Assembly (NCBI GenBank): GCA_013239625.1
Contig: MU056000.1
Location: forward strand, 9,807,175 to 9,871,174
Length of the DNA stretch: 64,000 bases
Source: Lama guanicoe
Lineage: Eukaryota
Direction: 5' to 3'
Part shown: piece after piece, positions 1 through 64,000 of the stretch
How the letters are laid out: each line of letters starts with the position of its first letter
How positions within the stretch are numbered: position 1 is the first letter of the stretch
Translations under genes and position numbers: made by a program
The notes under the pieces: generated by a model
The model's input: only the letters and a program-made list of their open reading frames with translations
Told to the model about the DNA's origin: nothing
The model's database searches: none

Positions 1-1025
1 TGAGGGGGAAAAAAGTCAAATTATAATGTTCATGCTGCTAAAATGACCCCCAATTCTCTGTAAAAAGGAGAGTGAATTTTCCCCAAAATGTCTTATCTTG
101 GAGTCAGCCAGTGCAGTTACCTACTTTGTGAACATCTGTGGCAAAACTGGGTTGTTGCTTTTTTTAAAGTCAACACCTGATGTGCCTACAGACAGTCTGA
201 TGGATACCTCGGCTGTCTCTGTGTTTCTGTGGAGAAGTCTCCGAACACCTGCTTGCCTAACCAGCACCTCGGGTCCAGGAAAGTCTGCAAAGGAGGCTGA
301 TACTGCCATAGCCTGAGTACACAGGCTATACCTGGGCCAAAAAAAAAAGGTGTACTGTGTTTTTATGTATTACATGCATACTGCAATTTACATACTAGAA
401 TTCCCTTCTAGTTCAAAGGGGATTCTTGTACTGCTGGGAACTGTTATAATCAAGTGTATGTACAAATGCTCCTTTTTCTGTCAAGTGAACATTCTACTCT
501 TCTGCCTCTTTTCAGTTTTACCAATATTTGTCATTATTTTAGTGCATCTACTTATATGGAGAAGAAAGATCATGGACGATTAACAAAATTGTTTTATTCT
601 TCAGTTTTGGAAACTTATTTATAATTACTTTTTAAAGTTAAAACGTCAAGTTTATGGTATGAAGTTTGTAAGATGAATAATATGAAGACTCTTAGATAAT
701 AAAATCAACAGAAATTCTTTCCATTATTTAGTATAAGAAAATTTATCTTATGATGAGAAGATAAAATCAATTATTTCTTTTATTCCATTCATTAGAAAAT
801 AATACTATTTCCTTAAACATAAACCAAATCTATTGGAATTTTTTAAGAGAAATTTTCTGACGTACTTCTCCCTTACTGATGTCAGTGAAAAGCAGCAAAA
901 AACAATCCAAGCAAAAATATCCCAAAATATGTTCATAATTCCACTAAATATGACATTACTAAGAATATCTATAGTTTGTAATAAGTAACAATGTTATTTG
1001 CTTTACTCTCTTATGTATCACTTAC

Positions 1026-63362
<62,337 letters not shown>

Positions 63363-64000
63363 CTGAGTTAACACAAAATAGGGAAGATTTAATTTTTTTA
63401 TTTAAAATGGGATTTATTTCGTTTTTAATCAGAAAAGTTAAAGCATCTAGAACAATACATAATAGGTATATCATTGGACAATATGTATTTGTTGAATGGA
63501 TGAATGAAATGAATGAATAGAAACTAATGGAGTATCTAGTTTTACTCAATATAACAGAACAGTTCAGGGAAACCCAAGCCATTTTCTGCTGATTACCATC
63601 TACAGGTACACTCTCCAGAAAAGAAACGCACTGTGCAAAGCCAGGCCTAAATATATATACTCTTATCTAAAATATTGAAGATGACACCATCCAAATAACA
63701 GGATACCAACAAATCAAATGTAGAATGAAGAACATGGACAACCGTCAGAACAAGCGTAAGTCAGAACAAATAGCCAGTTTGGAATTTCAAATAACACATG
63801 TCTTTCCTACCACTGTGAGTATATCCAAACTGGGGGCAGTTAGAGTGGAGAAGAAATAAAGTGTGATTCACCATTTACATCTAAGAGGCTTTTAAAGTTG
63901 GATATAGGTACAAATATAGACATATAAACGTGGCTATCTGTGTGTTTAACTATACATATATAGCTGGAGATACTTGTAATATAAAAAGTTGGGAAAGACA

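Noticed and set aside
98..583. ORFs 98-316, 121-309 and 350-583, and an 8-bp hairpin ATAGCCTG/CAGGCTAT at 308-329
   Set aside because: No dynein-like or other recognisable peptide, and they do not continue the DNAH5 frame. Short hairpins of this size are expected by chance in 64 kb.

Overview
This window is mammalian genomic DNA lying entirely inside one large minus-strand gene, the outer-arm axonemal dynein heavy chain DNAH5. I traced 31 consecutive GT-AG exons between 63362 and 1026. They total 5462 nt, keep phase at every junction and give one open frame of about 1820 codons, running from the tail through the linker, AAA1 (GPAGTGKT), AAA2 (GPSGAGKT) and AAA3 (GEQGTAKT). Exon numbers 20-50 come from my recollection of the human gene structure and are inferred. 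The introns carry ordinary eutherian repeats: L1, L2, MIR, MaLR/ERVL/MER21-like LTRs and a MER2-like Tigger MITE. They also carry five tRNA-Ala-derived SINEs resembling the camelid Vic-1 family, which suggests an alpaca, llama or camel genome. I found no evidence of a novel multi-gene system. The most unusual structures are: (1) an L1 3' end inserted into the exon-28 polypyrimidine tract, followed by a near-perfect 107-bp tandem duplication; (2) a tail-less L1 fragment bracketed by a ~100-bp direct duplication near the weak exon-30 donor; (3) a twin-primed, 5'-inverted L1 nested in an older L1; (4) a CpG-island-like exon 45; (5) an AT-rich but CpG-retaining intronic patch with FOX and AP-1 motifs. 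Repeat family names and boundaries are by eye and approximate.
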